A stretch of 64,000 nt of DNA from a virus: the IMG/VR virus record IMGVR_UViG_3300032516_002690, positions 32,001-96,000 of that record. One strand, written 5' to 3'. Both the position numbers and the translations under genes were made by a program. This document shows, in pieces, positions 26,270-35,724 of the stretch. Numbering within the stretch: the first letter of the stretch is position 1; each line of letters begins with the position of its first letter. The notes under the pieces are model-generated. The model saw only the letters and a list, made by a program, of their open reading frames with translations. It was not told where the DNA came from and ran no database searches.

Positions 26270-26295
26270 TACCCGCCTGACTATCGGAGTCTAAA

Positions 26296-26547
26296 ATGAG
26301 ACACATCGGCTGCATGGTTTCTGGTAATACCGTTAATATTGATCCTGGTACACACGGCGAAAATACAGATGCTATTATTGTTATGCGTCGCGGTGAGATC
26401 ATCGGAGTAGTCAGTCCCCGCGCACAAGATGACGTACAGACGCTACGCATGACTTTCACGCGCGACAGACCCAAGGAAGGGTTTGTGCCGCTCCAGGGTG
26501 TAGCGGTGCAGCATTTCATGCCCGTTGTTACAGATGACTATATCTAA
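26296..26547 (+). CDS. hypothetical protein
   Basis: 83 aa with GGAG SD upstream. Confidence 0.6.
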   Translation: MRHIGCMVSGNTVNIDPGTHGENTDAIIVMRRGEIIGVVSPRAQDDVQTLRMTFTRDRPKEGFVPLQGVAVQHFMPVVTDDYI

Positions 26548-26821
26548 GGAAGATCACCGTATGGGGATTACGCCGATTTTACTTCGGCGAGCTTCGTACT
26601 ATATACGTCTTGGTGAAGGCGAATATTTTCCCGTACATCCACACTACGATAGAGTTGTAGTTGATAAAATATATGATCTAACCCAAAACCCGCTGGATAA
26701 AAATCACTGGGGTATGGGTTTACGTGTTTCATTCTATAGCGAAGGCCGCCGAATACGTTGGGTTGAATTCGGCTGTCATGTTGTTGGTGCAGGAGGAGAT
26801 GACCTCCTGCGTGAAGTTTGA
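26534..26821 (+). CDS. hypothetical protein
   Basis: ORF overlapping both neighbours; start could be 26534 or 26561. Confidence 0.6.
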   Translation: MTISKEDHRMGITPILLRRASYYIRLGEGEYFPVHPHYDRVVVDKIYDLTQNPLDKNHWGMGLRVSFYSEGRRIRWVEFGCHVVGAGGDDLLREV

Positions 26822-26835
26822 AAGAGGTCCTGACA

Positions 26836-27096
26836 ATGACTAAGTACCTAGTGACTCACGAAGCAACCGTAGGCCGCACGCGCGAAGAAGGTGCGGTCAT
26901 TCCGTCAATTACGTTGACCTACTACAGCATGGTTGAGGCAGAGACAGTCGAAGCTGCCAACGACATGGTTGTGGTTTATCGCGACCCGGGCTTTAGCACG
27001 CGCGTTATAGCCGTAACCGAGGTGGCTGATATTTTGTCAGCAGACGACCTCTTCGCGTTGCTCAATCACGCGAACATTATCAAAGAGGGGCTCTGA
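26836..27096 (+). CDS. hypothetical protein
   Basis: GAGG SD precedes ATG 26836. Confidence 0.6.
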   Translation: MTKYLVTHEATVGRTREEGAVIPSITLTYYSMVEAETVEAANDMVVVYRDPGFSTRVIAVTEVADILSADDLFALLNHANIIKEGL

Positions 27097-27099
27097 GCT

Positions 27100-27591
27100 T
27101 CATCGAATAATACTGCCTAAAAACGCACCTAGGCCAAGTAAACCAAAGGTGCCACCTACCCACAGAGGCCATGTGGGTGGGCTTTCTGCTTTTGCACGCC
27201 ACATGTTTTTAGCTTCGATTTCTTCCGTGAGGCGGTTATTCAATACCAGGATTTGATCCTGATCTTGACGCTCCATGGAATAGTGTAAGCTAATTTGATC
27301 TTGCGACTTGAGTAACTCAGCTTCTTTTACGGCTAGCAGGCTTGTATAGTCTTCCCACTGGCTATGCCAATAACGCGCTTGTATTTCTAGCACGTTGAGT
27401 TCGACCGTCTGTGCCGCATCAAAGCACGCATATCGTACGTCTTTGTATACGCACGCAATGTATTCCGGAATTAGCCGTGTAGGCAGTGGCCGTAACTGAA
27501 ATAATTTGGCGTGTTCCTGCGCTTGTGCACTAGACGTCGCCAATAAAACTAAGAGCGCGACTTTTGATTGTACGCGTCTAAATCTTTCCAT
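27100..27591 (-). CDS. exported coiled-coil protein with C-terminal membrane anchor (spanin-like candidate)
   Basis: Signal-like VALLVLLATSSAQA, coiled coil, and C-terminal WPLWVGGTFGLLGLGAFLG. Confidence 0.55.
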   Translation of the reverse strand: MERFRRVQSKVALLVLLATSSAQAQEHAKLFQLRPLPTRLIPEYIACVYKDVRYACFDAAQTVELNVLEIQARYWHSQWEDYTSLLAVKEAELLKSQDQISLHYSMERQDQDQILVLNNRLTEEIEAKNMWRAKAESPPTWPLWVGGTFGLLGLGAFLGSIIR

Positions 27592-27935
27592 GATTCGAGT
27601 GCCTTTACTTGCTTGTATTCTGCCTCGAATTCTTTTTCATTCTTGGCAATTTCTGCGTTTTTGGCGTCTGCGATGCGCTGTAACGCGTGCGCCTGTTTTA
27701 GCAGATCCGCTAACTTAGCTGCGTTTTTCTCATGTAGCATATCGAAACGCACTTGCTCAGCTTTAACACCCGCTAAGTCCACTTCGTTGTGCAATTTAGC
27801 TAGCTGATCTTTACGTTTACTTAACCGCACGTAAAGTGCGAAGCATGCTACAAACGCCGCTACAGACACTACCAGCCACAGTATCCATTTTTTAGGTCCG
27901 GACGCTGCGTGATAATTTAATATTTTAGGGGTCAT
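27549..27935 (-). CDS. N-terminal TM plus coiled-coil protein (i-spanin-like candidate)
   Basis: WILWLVVSVAAFVACFALYV followed by a Lys/Glu/Ala coiled coil; 43-nt overlap with the next gene. Confidence 0.55.
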   Translation of the reverse strand: MTPKILNYHAASGPKKWILWLVVSVAAFVACFALYVRLSKRKDQLAKLHNEVDLAGVKAEQVRFDMLHEKNAAKLADLLKQAHALQRIADAKNAEIAKNEKEFEAEYKQVKALESWKDLDAYNQKSRS

Positions 27936-27936
27936 G

Positions 27937-30900
27937 TTAATCCATGTAGAATTTCGGGGTGTCATAGACGACTTCAAGACTGTACAGCACGTTAGATACG
28001 GTACCACCCGCTGACGCTACGACGTATGCCACTACGGTGGCAATGCTCTTGTTAATTGGAACACTTATAGTACCTGAAGATATAGGTCGATCACCTGTAA
28101 TTACACCAATAGGATCGAACACAGGGGCAAGTGAAACGGTAATTGCGCCGACATTGTCTAATGTGTATATTTTTATACTCATACGATTACCGCTTATAGT
28201 GTAGTCGGTATTCGTTGTGGGTAAGACCAGTGCGTTTATTTCTCTAATAACAGCACCGTTTGGCACATAAGTATTCAGCGAATAGGCGTAGGTGGCACCT
28301 AGGGTAATCGCGGTTGTAAAACTATTATTCTTAGTCCACTGGCTTGGATTTAGGGGCTCCCCATCAATTGCATTAAGTAAACGGCGTGTGGTTGCTTTTT
28401 GGATACCGTCCGAATTACCAAATACGAGGTTTGGATAATTCGATATATTGCCATTGTTGACTACAAGTAGTGTCCCAGTGTCGCCGTTGGTAAACGTATT
28501 GCCCGTCACTACGTTGGCGGAGCTGGTCGTATCCAGGAGTACTGCGGTATCTGCGCCAGCACTGAATGTCATCACGGTATTCGCAGTAACCGTACAATCA
28601 CTACGATCTATAGTTAGAAACTTAACTGCGGCCGTATTACAACGTGCGTTGTTGCCTGTGATAATCGCGCCGTACTGTTCCGCGTACACTAACGCGTGGT
28701 TAGCCGTCGCCATTAAGAGGTTTTGCGCGCTACCCGTTATGTGGATAGTATTGTGCGCTACTTTTGCTTGATTCCCGGTAATGTATGCAAACCAACCGGG
28801 TGTATTTTCACCTGTAGCAAACAAGGCACCATTTACGGTATTACCGAGTACCTTACCTCTCGTAGTTGCACGAAATAACCGACCTTTATTTGCAGTACCG
28901 CTATTTTCGTAAAAAGAAATCCCCTCTACAGTAGCGGCGGTGCTGAGGTCGTATAGGGCGAGCCACGCGGAAACGTTGCTACCTGCAGGGGTTCCATTAA
29001 TAGACCCGCCGGTTATGCGAACTCCGGTACCTACCGAGATTAGCGAACACGTGAGTGTTGTCGCACCTGCGCTAGTGTCGGGTTCTGTTACGTTCTTTAC
29101 GTGTAAGCCATTTACGGTTAGATTACCGCTATTGGGTGCGTCCAGGACTATAGCGTTTGATGCAGCGCCTGCTAAACGTTTACCTTGCAGGTCCACCGTT
29201 ATATTACGCGCGTTAATGGTGGACGACGTGACGGTTCCCGTGAGTAGGCTTAGCGTATGACTCGCTAATTGCGTGATATTAGCGTAATTGAGATTTAAAT
29301 GGAAACCATCTAGGGTGTACGACCCGTTACCCGTCGAAACTCCGGCGACCGAGCCGATTTCAACTCGGCGTGTTGCAGCTCCGCCTACAACGGTGCCAAA
29401 CCTTAACTCTACGTAGCAGTCTTCAAATACTATGTTTTGTCCCGGATCGGTCGCCGAAGCCTGGCTACACACTACGCCGATTTCTGGATAATTAACTGCG
29501 ACAGTACTCGTGTAAAATTTGCAGCTTCGGAATCTAATGTGATTAGAATCTCCGCTTATTGCGAGGACTTTACCGTATCCGTCCTGTATGAACGTACAGT
29601 TATCGAACTCAATGTTTGTTGAATTCGTTATTGTCAAGACCGTCGGTGTGATAGACGCATTTGATTGGCTGCAGCGGAATATACAGTTCCGGTAAATCTG
29701 AGGCTGGTGTACGCTACTCATGCATGCCACAGAACCGTCGTCTACGCCCACATCGCCGAATCCTGCAGAGATATCGAAAATAGAATCTTCGATTACTAGG
29801 GGCTCGTAATTCCTAGAGGCTGCTTTCGTACCGATGTTAACGAGTAACAACGCGTATTTCTGAGTTGCACCGCTAGACCCTGATGGGATAGCGGTGACGC
29901 GCAGGCGGCGTAACGTACCGGTTACGGCGTTGGTATTCGCCGGGTTGGTGTGATAAAAGAAGATACTGGCCCAGTTAATCCCGGCGGGTGTGTCGTCATC
30001 TATTACCAGGTTATCGATATCTACTCTGACATGGCCAGTAGGCTGGAACTGGAAAGCGCCTGCAGTAGCCCTACAGTTGTGTAACTTATACGAACCGCCC
30101 GTGAAGTAATAGCTAAAGACTCCTGCAGCGCTTCCCTTCAAGAAAATATTTTCGAATGAAAATTCGTCGTTAGCATCTGCGCCTAGGAAGGTGACATGCC
30201 CACTCTTTGTGAGCGTCAATGTTACCTTTGTATTGTCTTCACCAATCAAATGCGTATTTTTAGATGTCGTGAAATTTGTGCTTACGTTGTACGCGCCACG
30301 GCGCAGGAGATACGTACCTCCTGTAGCGGCCAGTGTATTAATAGCAGGTACGACATCGACGACATTGATATCTCCGCCAACGGAATTAGTACCGTCGGTA
30401 CACACTGCGGTAAACGCACGTCGCGCAATTGCGGAGCTGTGTAGCTGGGATAAGGCTGAGCGAATAGTTGTATTGGTGGTGAGTGCACCGCCGCCGCCTT
30501 GGGCAGTGAGGGCGGTCCCGAAGATTGTCGGCGCGTCTACACCTACCCGAATAGCCCCGGGTAGTGTCGCAGTCATATCGGCTAAGTCAGCTACGATTTC
30601 GTCGAGAGCTGTTTCGACGGTGGACGCCGTAACTGCGGTTGAGCCGTCAGCCCATGGACCGCTACCGTTGTAACCTACCGTCGCTGCTCCCAGCACCGAA
30701 GCTTGCAACGCAACGTGTGCCGCGAGGGCTATTGAAGCCACGCTAGTCGGGCTTTTAAATTGAAAACTTTCGCCGGCTTCGAGCCGCGTACCGTCGTACC
30801 AAATCAATTGTCCGTTATAGCCAATGCGACACAGTGGGATTGCCCCCGGTATTTTGTCAGGACTAACATGCGTGACAAATAAAGCAGCTGCGGGGATAGC

Positions 30901-31764
30901 ACTCGTGCCACGATCACCCGAGGACTCTGCTCGTCCGCCCGCAAGGCCACCTTTAGGGTCCGCACCAAAACCCGCCGGCTCAATAACGTACTTGTACCAA
31001 ATTGCAATGCCCATGCCGGGTTGCAGTGGCGTAGTTGTCGTGAGCGTCTGGATATCTGAGCCCGCAATGACGTGCTTTTCGTCATCAGCTGTGGTGTCGA
31101 GACGTGTTTCTGCAAGCGCAATGACGGCTACGTTGGCAACCGCGCTGGTTGTAATAACCAGACGTCCGACGAGTATGGTGTCCGCGGCAATGGCTGACGC
31201 AAGTGCGGTTTGCACAGCTGCCGCATCGTGCGAGGCGGTGCTCGTATTTAGCGTAACCACAATGCGCTTAACCGGCCCCGCGGAAATAGCGACACTGACG
31301 GACCCTGCAGACGCTGAGTGTAAATGCTTGATTGTTACGGCGTTCATGCCGTGGGTGGCGTACGACGTAGCTGCGACTGTGTAGATAACCCGATTACTTG
31401 AAGGCGTACCTACAGATAATGTACCTTTCTTGGCTTGGTACGGAGCGAGCATAGGCGTGACCGTAAAACTGCCCGCAGTAACCGATATTTTACCGAGCGG
31501 CGGGGCGCCGGGAGCTGCGCCGTTCCAGGTAATAGTACCGCCGGTGTACTCAATCATTAGATGACTGTAGTCGCGGTAATAAAGCAGCTCTTCAGCGACA
31601 TCTCGCAATGTCTCTGTGCGTTCGCGGAGATTCTCAGAAGGCCGGCGCAACACTACTTGTGTCGCTCCTTCACCATCGCTGAGAGGCTGAATAGCCGCTA
31701 AATTGTCCTCGCCGTTATCACCGAGACCTACGTTGAAATCAACGAACTCTTTTTGTTCCGTCAT
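27937..31764 (-). CDS. tail fibre/tailspike with parallel beta-helix (pectin-lyase-like) region
   Basis: N-terminal RRPSENLRERT anchor, GGTYLLRRGAY beta-helix cap, repeated I.F.NC.F and ITGN rungs; follows the baseplate genes. Confidence 0.75.
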   Translation of the reverse strand: MTEQKEFVDFNVGLGDNGEDNLAAIQPLSDGEGATQVVLRRPSENLRERTETLRDVAEELLYYRDYSHLMIEYTGGTITWNGAAPGAPPLGKISVTAGSFTVTPMLAPYQAKKGTLSVGTPSSNRVIYTVAATSYATHGMNAVTIKHLHSASAGSVSVAISAGPVKRIVVTLNTSTASHDAAAVQTALASAIAADTILVGRLVITTSAVANVAVIALAETRLDTTADDEKHVIAGSDIQTLTTTTPLQPGMGIAIWYKYVIEPAGFGADPKGGLAGGRAESSGDRGTSAIPAAALFVTHVSPDKIPGAIPLCRIGYNGQLIWYDGTRLEAGESFQFKSPTSVASIALAAHVALQASVLGAATVGYNGSGPWADGSTAVTASTVETALDEIVADLADMTATLPGAIRVGVDAPTIFGTALTAQGGGGALTTNTTIRSALSQLHSSAIARRAFTAVCTDGTNSVGGDINVVDVVPAINTLAATGGTYLLRRGAYNVSTNFTTSKNTHLIGEDNTKVTLTLTKSGHVTFLGADANDEFSFENIFLKGSAAGVFSYYFTGGSYKLHNCRATAGAFQFQPTGHVRVDIDNLVIDDDTPAGINWASIFFYHTNPANTNAVTGTLRRLRVTAIPSGSSGATQKYALLLVNIGTKAASRNYEPLVIEDSIFDISAGFGDVGVDDGSVACMSSVHQPQIYRNCIFRCSQSNASITPTVLTITNSTNIEFDNCTFIQDGYGKVLAISGDSNHIRFRSCKFYTSTVAVNYPEIGVVCSQASATDPGQNIVFEDCYVELRFGTVVGGAATRRVEIGSVAGVSTGNGSYTLDGFHLNLNYANITQLASHTLSLLTGTVTSSTINARNITVDLQGKRLAGAASNAIVLDAPNSGNLTVNGLHVKNVTEPDTSAGATTLTCSLISVGTGVRITGGSINGTPAGSNVSAWLALYDLSTAATVEGISFYENSGTANKGRLFRATTRGKVLGNTVNGALFATGENTPGWFAYITGNQAKVAHNTIHITGSAQNLLMATANHALVYAEQYGAIITGNNARCNTAAVKFLTIDRSDCTVTANTVMTFSAGADTAVLLDTTSSANVVTGNTFTNGDTGTLLVVNNGNISNYPNLVFGNSDGIQKATTRRLLNAIDGEPLNPSQWTKNNSFTTAITLGATYAYSLNTYVPNGAVIREINALVLPTTNTDYTISGNRMSIKIYTLDNVGAITVSLAPVFDPIGVITGDRPISSGTISVPINKSIATVVAYVVASAGGTVSNVLYSLEVVYDTPKFYMD

Positions 31765-31776
31765 GGGGGTCTCTTT

Positions 31777-32316
31777 TCAAACAGTAAGGGTGAGGCGCCA
31801 GCGGAACTCAAGTTCGACTGCGGCAGTTTTAACTTGATCAGGATAAACCTGACGCGAAAACATGATGGACGAGGCTGTCAACTGCGGGTCGTTGAGGGTA
31901 CCCCGTGTAAAGAGACCCGCTTCGCGATACGTCAGGCCATTACCGTAACCCGTCGTCATCGTCGCAGTAAATTCTACCGTACCTGATACGCCTACGACGC
32001 GATTCGCGTCCGCGAATTGAATACGCACATAGCTACCGGACACAAAGCCTTCAGCAGCAAGCCCTGTGTCCGTACGCTGCGGGCTAGTACTGTTGGTCCC
32101 GAAGCGCATAGAGAACAGTTGATTCTCTTGCTGCGCGTTCACGCCGAAAGCGGCGTTGGGAGCCATTAGTTTTACAAGGGCCTCGGTGCCCAGATACGTA
32201 ATGACGTTCTTCTTTTCCCAAACCGAAAGAATATCTTGCGTCCGGGCGTCTCGCCGCAGAATGCGCAAATCGCCGCGCATGGGCAGTACGGTCTCATGGG
32301 GAAAGCGCGTCATCAT
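31777..32316 (-). CDS. baseplate/tail-fibre attachment protein
   Basis: KNVITYLG...MRFGT...EAGLF...FSR...KT...FRWRL pattern; lies between the wedge and fibre genes. Confidence 0.6.
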   Translation of the reverse strand: MMTRFPHETVLPMRGDLRILRRDARTQDILSVWEKKNVITYLGTEALVKLMAPNAAFGVNAQQENQLFSMRFGTNSTSPQRTDTGLAAEGFVSGSYVRIQFADANRVVGVSGTVEFTATMTTGYGNGLTYREAGLFTRGTLNDPQLTASSIMFSRQVYPDQVKTAAVELEFRWRLTLTV

Positions 32317-32382
32317 GTCCTCTTGATTTGAATCGGGTCTTCTCGCAGATCAGTGTCGCGAGCAGTACGGCTACGGCCTTGT

Positions 32383-35300
32383 TTAGGATTGCTGGATAGT
32401 TAAAGTTTCATCTACGCGCAGCGTCTCTTTAAACAACGACGAAGGTGATAGGACAATATACGTGTACGCAGGCTTAGCGACAAATACGAGGGCCTGTAGA
32501 TCAACGAGGAGTTCGGCACCGAGCTGCCCCAGTATCGATGGGTTGAATGAGACGTAGAATAGATGATATTTAAGCCATTGGTCTAAAATCACGAATGCTG
32601 CTTTATGCCGCAAAACGAGAGCTTTACTTTCTATTTGCCAGTGGCCTGCCGTAATCGTTTCGTCAGGTACGTTGACGAAAGCTTCGAGCAATACCTTGCT
32701 ACTACTTACGACGCTTAAAATCCTGAATCTCCGCAACTCAATCACTCCGTTGGTGATGACCACGTAATTATCAAGATCGGCAGCAGTAAATAGTGCGTCT
32801 GCAATATTGGTAGTTTCCAGATATACACTGTTACTAGCAGGATACTGTATATCCCCAATAAGGCTTCCAGCGAACAGTCCAACGCGTTGTATAACCGACG
32901 GCGGTATGAAACCTTGCGAGTCCGCACCGATGAGAAAACCCGGGTCACCAATGCGTGCATCGTCGCTCGGGTTGAGGATATTTTCGACGAGCGTGGGGCT
33001 CGCTTGTCTGCGGAGGCCATCTTCACCTACCCAGAGGTTTTCAGGAATTCTTACGCGTTCCCACCACGTAGGCGTCTCTAGGTAATCCGTTACTGTAAAT
33101 ACATCCGTCAGTACTTCGAACGCCCTGAATATTTTTACGCCTGCGTTAGCCGTATCCGTAACGGCTGCGCGTAGAGGTATAGCCCTGTCAAAAGTATAAG
33201 TCTGTTTGGATGTAGTTACAGTTTGTAGTGCGCTAACACTGAGCTCCCAGCTGACGGGGCCCTCGGTTGTCGGCGAGGCATCTAACAACAGCGTATTGCT
33301 GTTGATAACTTGTGTTATCTTGAAGGACCTATTTGCATTAAGACCTGACGAAATAAATAGAAAATCAGATATCGTGTCTGCCACGAAACTGCCGGAGCCT
33401 GCTGTAAATTGGTAGGTCGCGCCACTCAAGTAACCGTCAGTCCCTGATGCGTAGCTATCAGTTTCGTACGAGATGAGTAATTCGCCGTTATCGCGAATAA
33501 CGCTAAGCCCTGCGACGGTATTTACGGCGGATTCAAAGCGTTCGAGTGTCGGCCCCAACATAAACAGCTGAAATACGCCACGTATCAGCGAACGGTATTC
33601 TTCACTAGATCGGTCGTATCGGTTAATCAAATATCCGAAAGTCGTGTAAAGCTGAAAGCGGTCGACTAACACATCAGGGGCCCAGAAAGCAGCCTCGCGC
33701 ACCGTACGCGTAACTGACTCAGTAGCTAAAACTCCGCGGCGCTTTAGCTGCCAAACGAGAGATCCGTTGCTAGGTTCCACTGTCGACAATACTGCGCGGT
33801 CGGTGGTCAGTTGCACGGACGTACTGCTCAATACTGCGCTAATTATGTACGTACCGTTGTTATTCGGGAAACCCTGCGCGTACCCGGAATTCGATATCGT
33901 TAGCGCCTGCCCGATGTGTTGGTATGTAAATGACGCCGTTGAGGCATTAAACGTACTCGGAAAACCATACGTTAGAATGCCTGTCGCACCCGTTTGTAGG
34001 GTTGCATTATTCGACAGAATTACCAGTCGAAATGAATAATCAACCGTCAGTTCTAAATCGGTGCGCCACACCGTTTTCGGCATGATCGTAGCGGCATCTT
34101 CCAAGAGCGTGTAGTCAACACCCTCGACAACCGTGCTATCGTCAACTAAACGCCGGGCAGTAAGAACAGCGCCCTTCTTTATCTGCGGATACAAAAGATA
34201 CGTCGTGCCAGCAAAGCCGTTAGCCCAGGCCCATGTAAGGGTCACGCCGTCAGCGTCACTAATAGGCGCGGTTACCGTAACTTGTGTACCGCTAATTTTG
34301 GTCAATATCGCGTATTTGTACAATACGCCGGAACGTACCACTTTAATTACAGTACCTACGGTGCTTGTAAATACGGCGCTCGCAGCGCTGAATAACGCCG
34401 TTCCGTCTCCGTTATTGGTGAAAACACCGTCGGTGTATACCATGCCCGGTGTTGTCGTCCAGAGATTCCAAGTAACGCTTGCTTCATCGACGGGAGCCTG
34501 TAGTGCAAGCGTAACACTCGTCACGCTGTTGTATCCAATTATTCGTGCGTACCCAACGTTATTTAGCCCTTGGAGCTCAATAATGTCTCCAATATAAATC
34601 GGATAAAACAGCGCACTAGCGGATGTAAATAGCCGTGTTGCCGCAGTAATAACCCCGTTGACACCAAGTTGCGCGACACTTCCGCTAGCCGCAATAGATT
34701 CGGCCGTTATGGTATTATTAGAAGGCTCGCGCAGTACGGAAAACTCTAATTTGCTGGCAGCTGAAGTCGCTGTAATCGCGCCGTTAACTTCTAGATATAG
34801 CGCTTCGGGCTTGACCAACGATATGTCAAACTCTAGAGGCGTACCCACCGTCGGACTTATTAGTAGACGTAAGATATCACCTTTCTGAATGGCTAGGCTG
34901 GCGTCAGACCAATCCGGTATGGTCGAATTGGTAAATGACCCACCGAAACTCACGTCGATAATCCGCGTCGGATAACCATCCAGCGGATTTACATGCGTGC
35001 GCAGTAAAGGCAGTGCAGTACCTACCGGAGACCCGTAACCCTTGTCATCGTCGGTTAGACTTGCGAATAACAATCCGCTAAATAGAGGATGGGTATTAAT
35101 GCTCGCTACGATATCACGTGTTAGTGTCGTAGACCCGTTGGCCGGCCCGTCGTACGCAATGACAAGCGTATCCGCTGCAGTATTTAGTGTAAATGTAAAC
35201 GGGCTTGTGCCGTCGTCCAATAATTGAACGGTAAATAGCGTTGTTAGCGGGTCGCGCGTACGTAACGTAAACTCAGTGTTACCGGTACCGAATGTCCGCT

Positions 35301-35724
35301 GAAGATAGGCATTCAACGGGTCGTATTTGAATTCAAAAGAACGCGTCGTATCGTTAAAATCGTAGTCAATGTCTTGTTCAAGCGACGCGGTTACACTGAA
35401 TATTTTGTTATGTAAGGCCCGTGCATATACGAGATCATTCTCGGCTAAGTACACGTAACGGTTCTGAGTAGCATTCGCGCGTTGAGAGTAGCGCGTCTCT
35501 GTCTCATTGATCTGTATTAATTTGAAATATTCTTTGTTGAACAACGGTGCATCTTGAACGCTATTATTGAGAAGTAGCGCCAATAGGTCTAGATACGACT
35601 GGCCCAGCAGAATCTCTGTACCCGTATACAGGGCTCTAAGCTGATCGATATCTTTAAAATACAATAACCAAAAGTCGGAAAGACCCTCGATTATGGACTG
35701 CATTTTATTGTTGTAGTTAGCCAT
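32383..35724 (-). CDS. large baseplate wedge protein
   Basis: 1113 aa, beta-rich repeats, FGYLI..YRSLIRG..GPT and C-terminal KPAYT motif; follows baseplate J. Confidence 0.65.
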   Translation of the reverse strand: MANYNNKMQSIIEGLSDFWLLYFKDIDQLRALYTGTEILLGQSYLDLLALLLNNSVQDAPLFNKEYFKLIQINETETRYSQRANATQNRYVYLAENDLVYARALHNKIFSVTASLEQDIDYDFNDTTRSFEFKYDPLNAYLQRTFGTGNTEFTLRTRDPLTTLFTVQLLDDGTSPFTFTLNTAADTLVIAYDGPANGSTTLTRDIVASINTHPLFSGLLFASLTDDDKGYGSPVGTALPLLRTHVNPLDGYPTRIIDVSFGGSFTNSTIPDWSDASLAIQKGDILRLLISPTVGTPLEFDISLVKPEALYLEVNGAITATSAASKLEFSVLREPSNNTITAESIAASGSVAQLGVNGVITAATRLFTSASALFYPIYIGDIIELQGLNNVGYARIIGYNSVTSVTLALQAPVDEASVTWNLWTTTPGMVYTDGVFTNNGDGTALFSAASAVFTSTVGTVIKVVRSGVLYKYAILTKISGTQVTVTAPISDADGVTLTWAWANGFAGTTYLLYPQIKKGAVLTARRLVDDSTVVEGVDYTLLEDAATIMPKTVWRTDLELTVDYSFRLVILSNNATLQTGATGILTYGFPSTFNASTASFTYQHIGQALTISNSGYAQGFPNNNGTYIISAVLSSTSVQLTTDRAVLSTVEPSNGSLVWQLKRRGVLATESVTRTVREAAFWAPDVLVDRFQLYTTFGYLINRYDRSSEEYRSLIRGVFQLFMLGPTLERFESAVNTVAGLSVIRDNGELLISYETDSYASGTDGYLSGATYQFTAGSGSFVADTISDFLFISSGLNANRSFKITQVINSNTLLLDASPTTEGPVSWELSVSALQTVTTSKQTYTFDRAIPLRAAVTDTANAGVKIFRAFEVLTDVFTVTDYLETPTWWERVRIPENLWVGEDGLRRQASPTLVENILNPSDDARIGDPGFLIGADSQGFIPPSVIQRVGLFAGSLIGDIQYPASNSVYLETTNIADALFTAADLDNYVVITNGVIELRRFRILSVVSSSKVLLEAFVNVPDETITAGHWQIESKALVLRHKAAFVILDQWLKYHLFYVSFNPSILGQLGAELLVDLQALVFVAKPAYTYIVLSPSSLFKETLRVDETLTIQQS

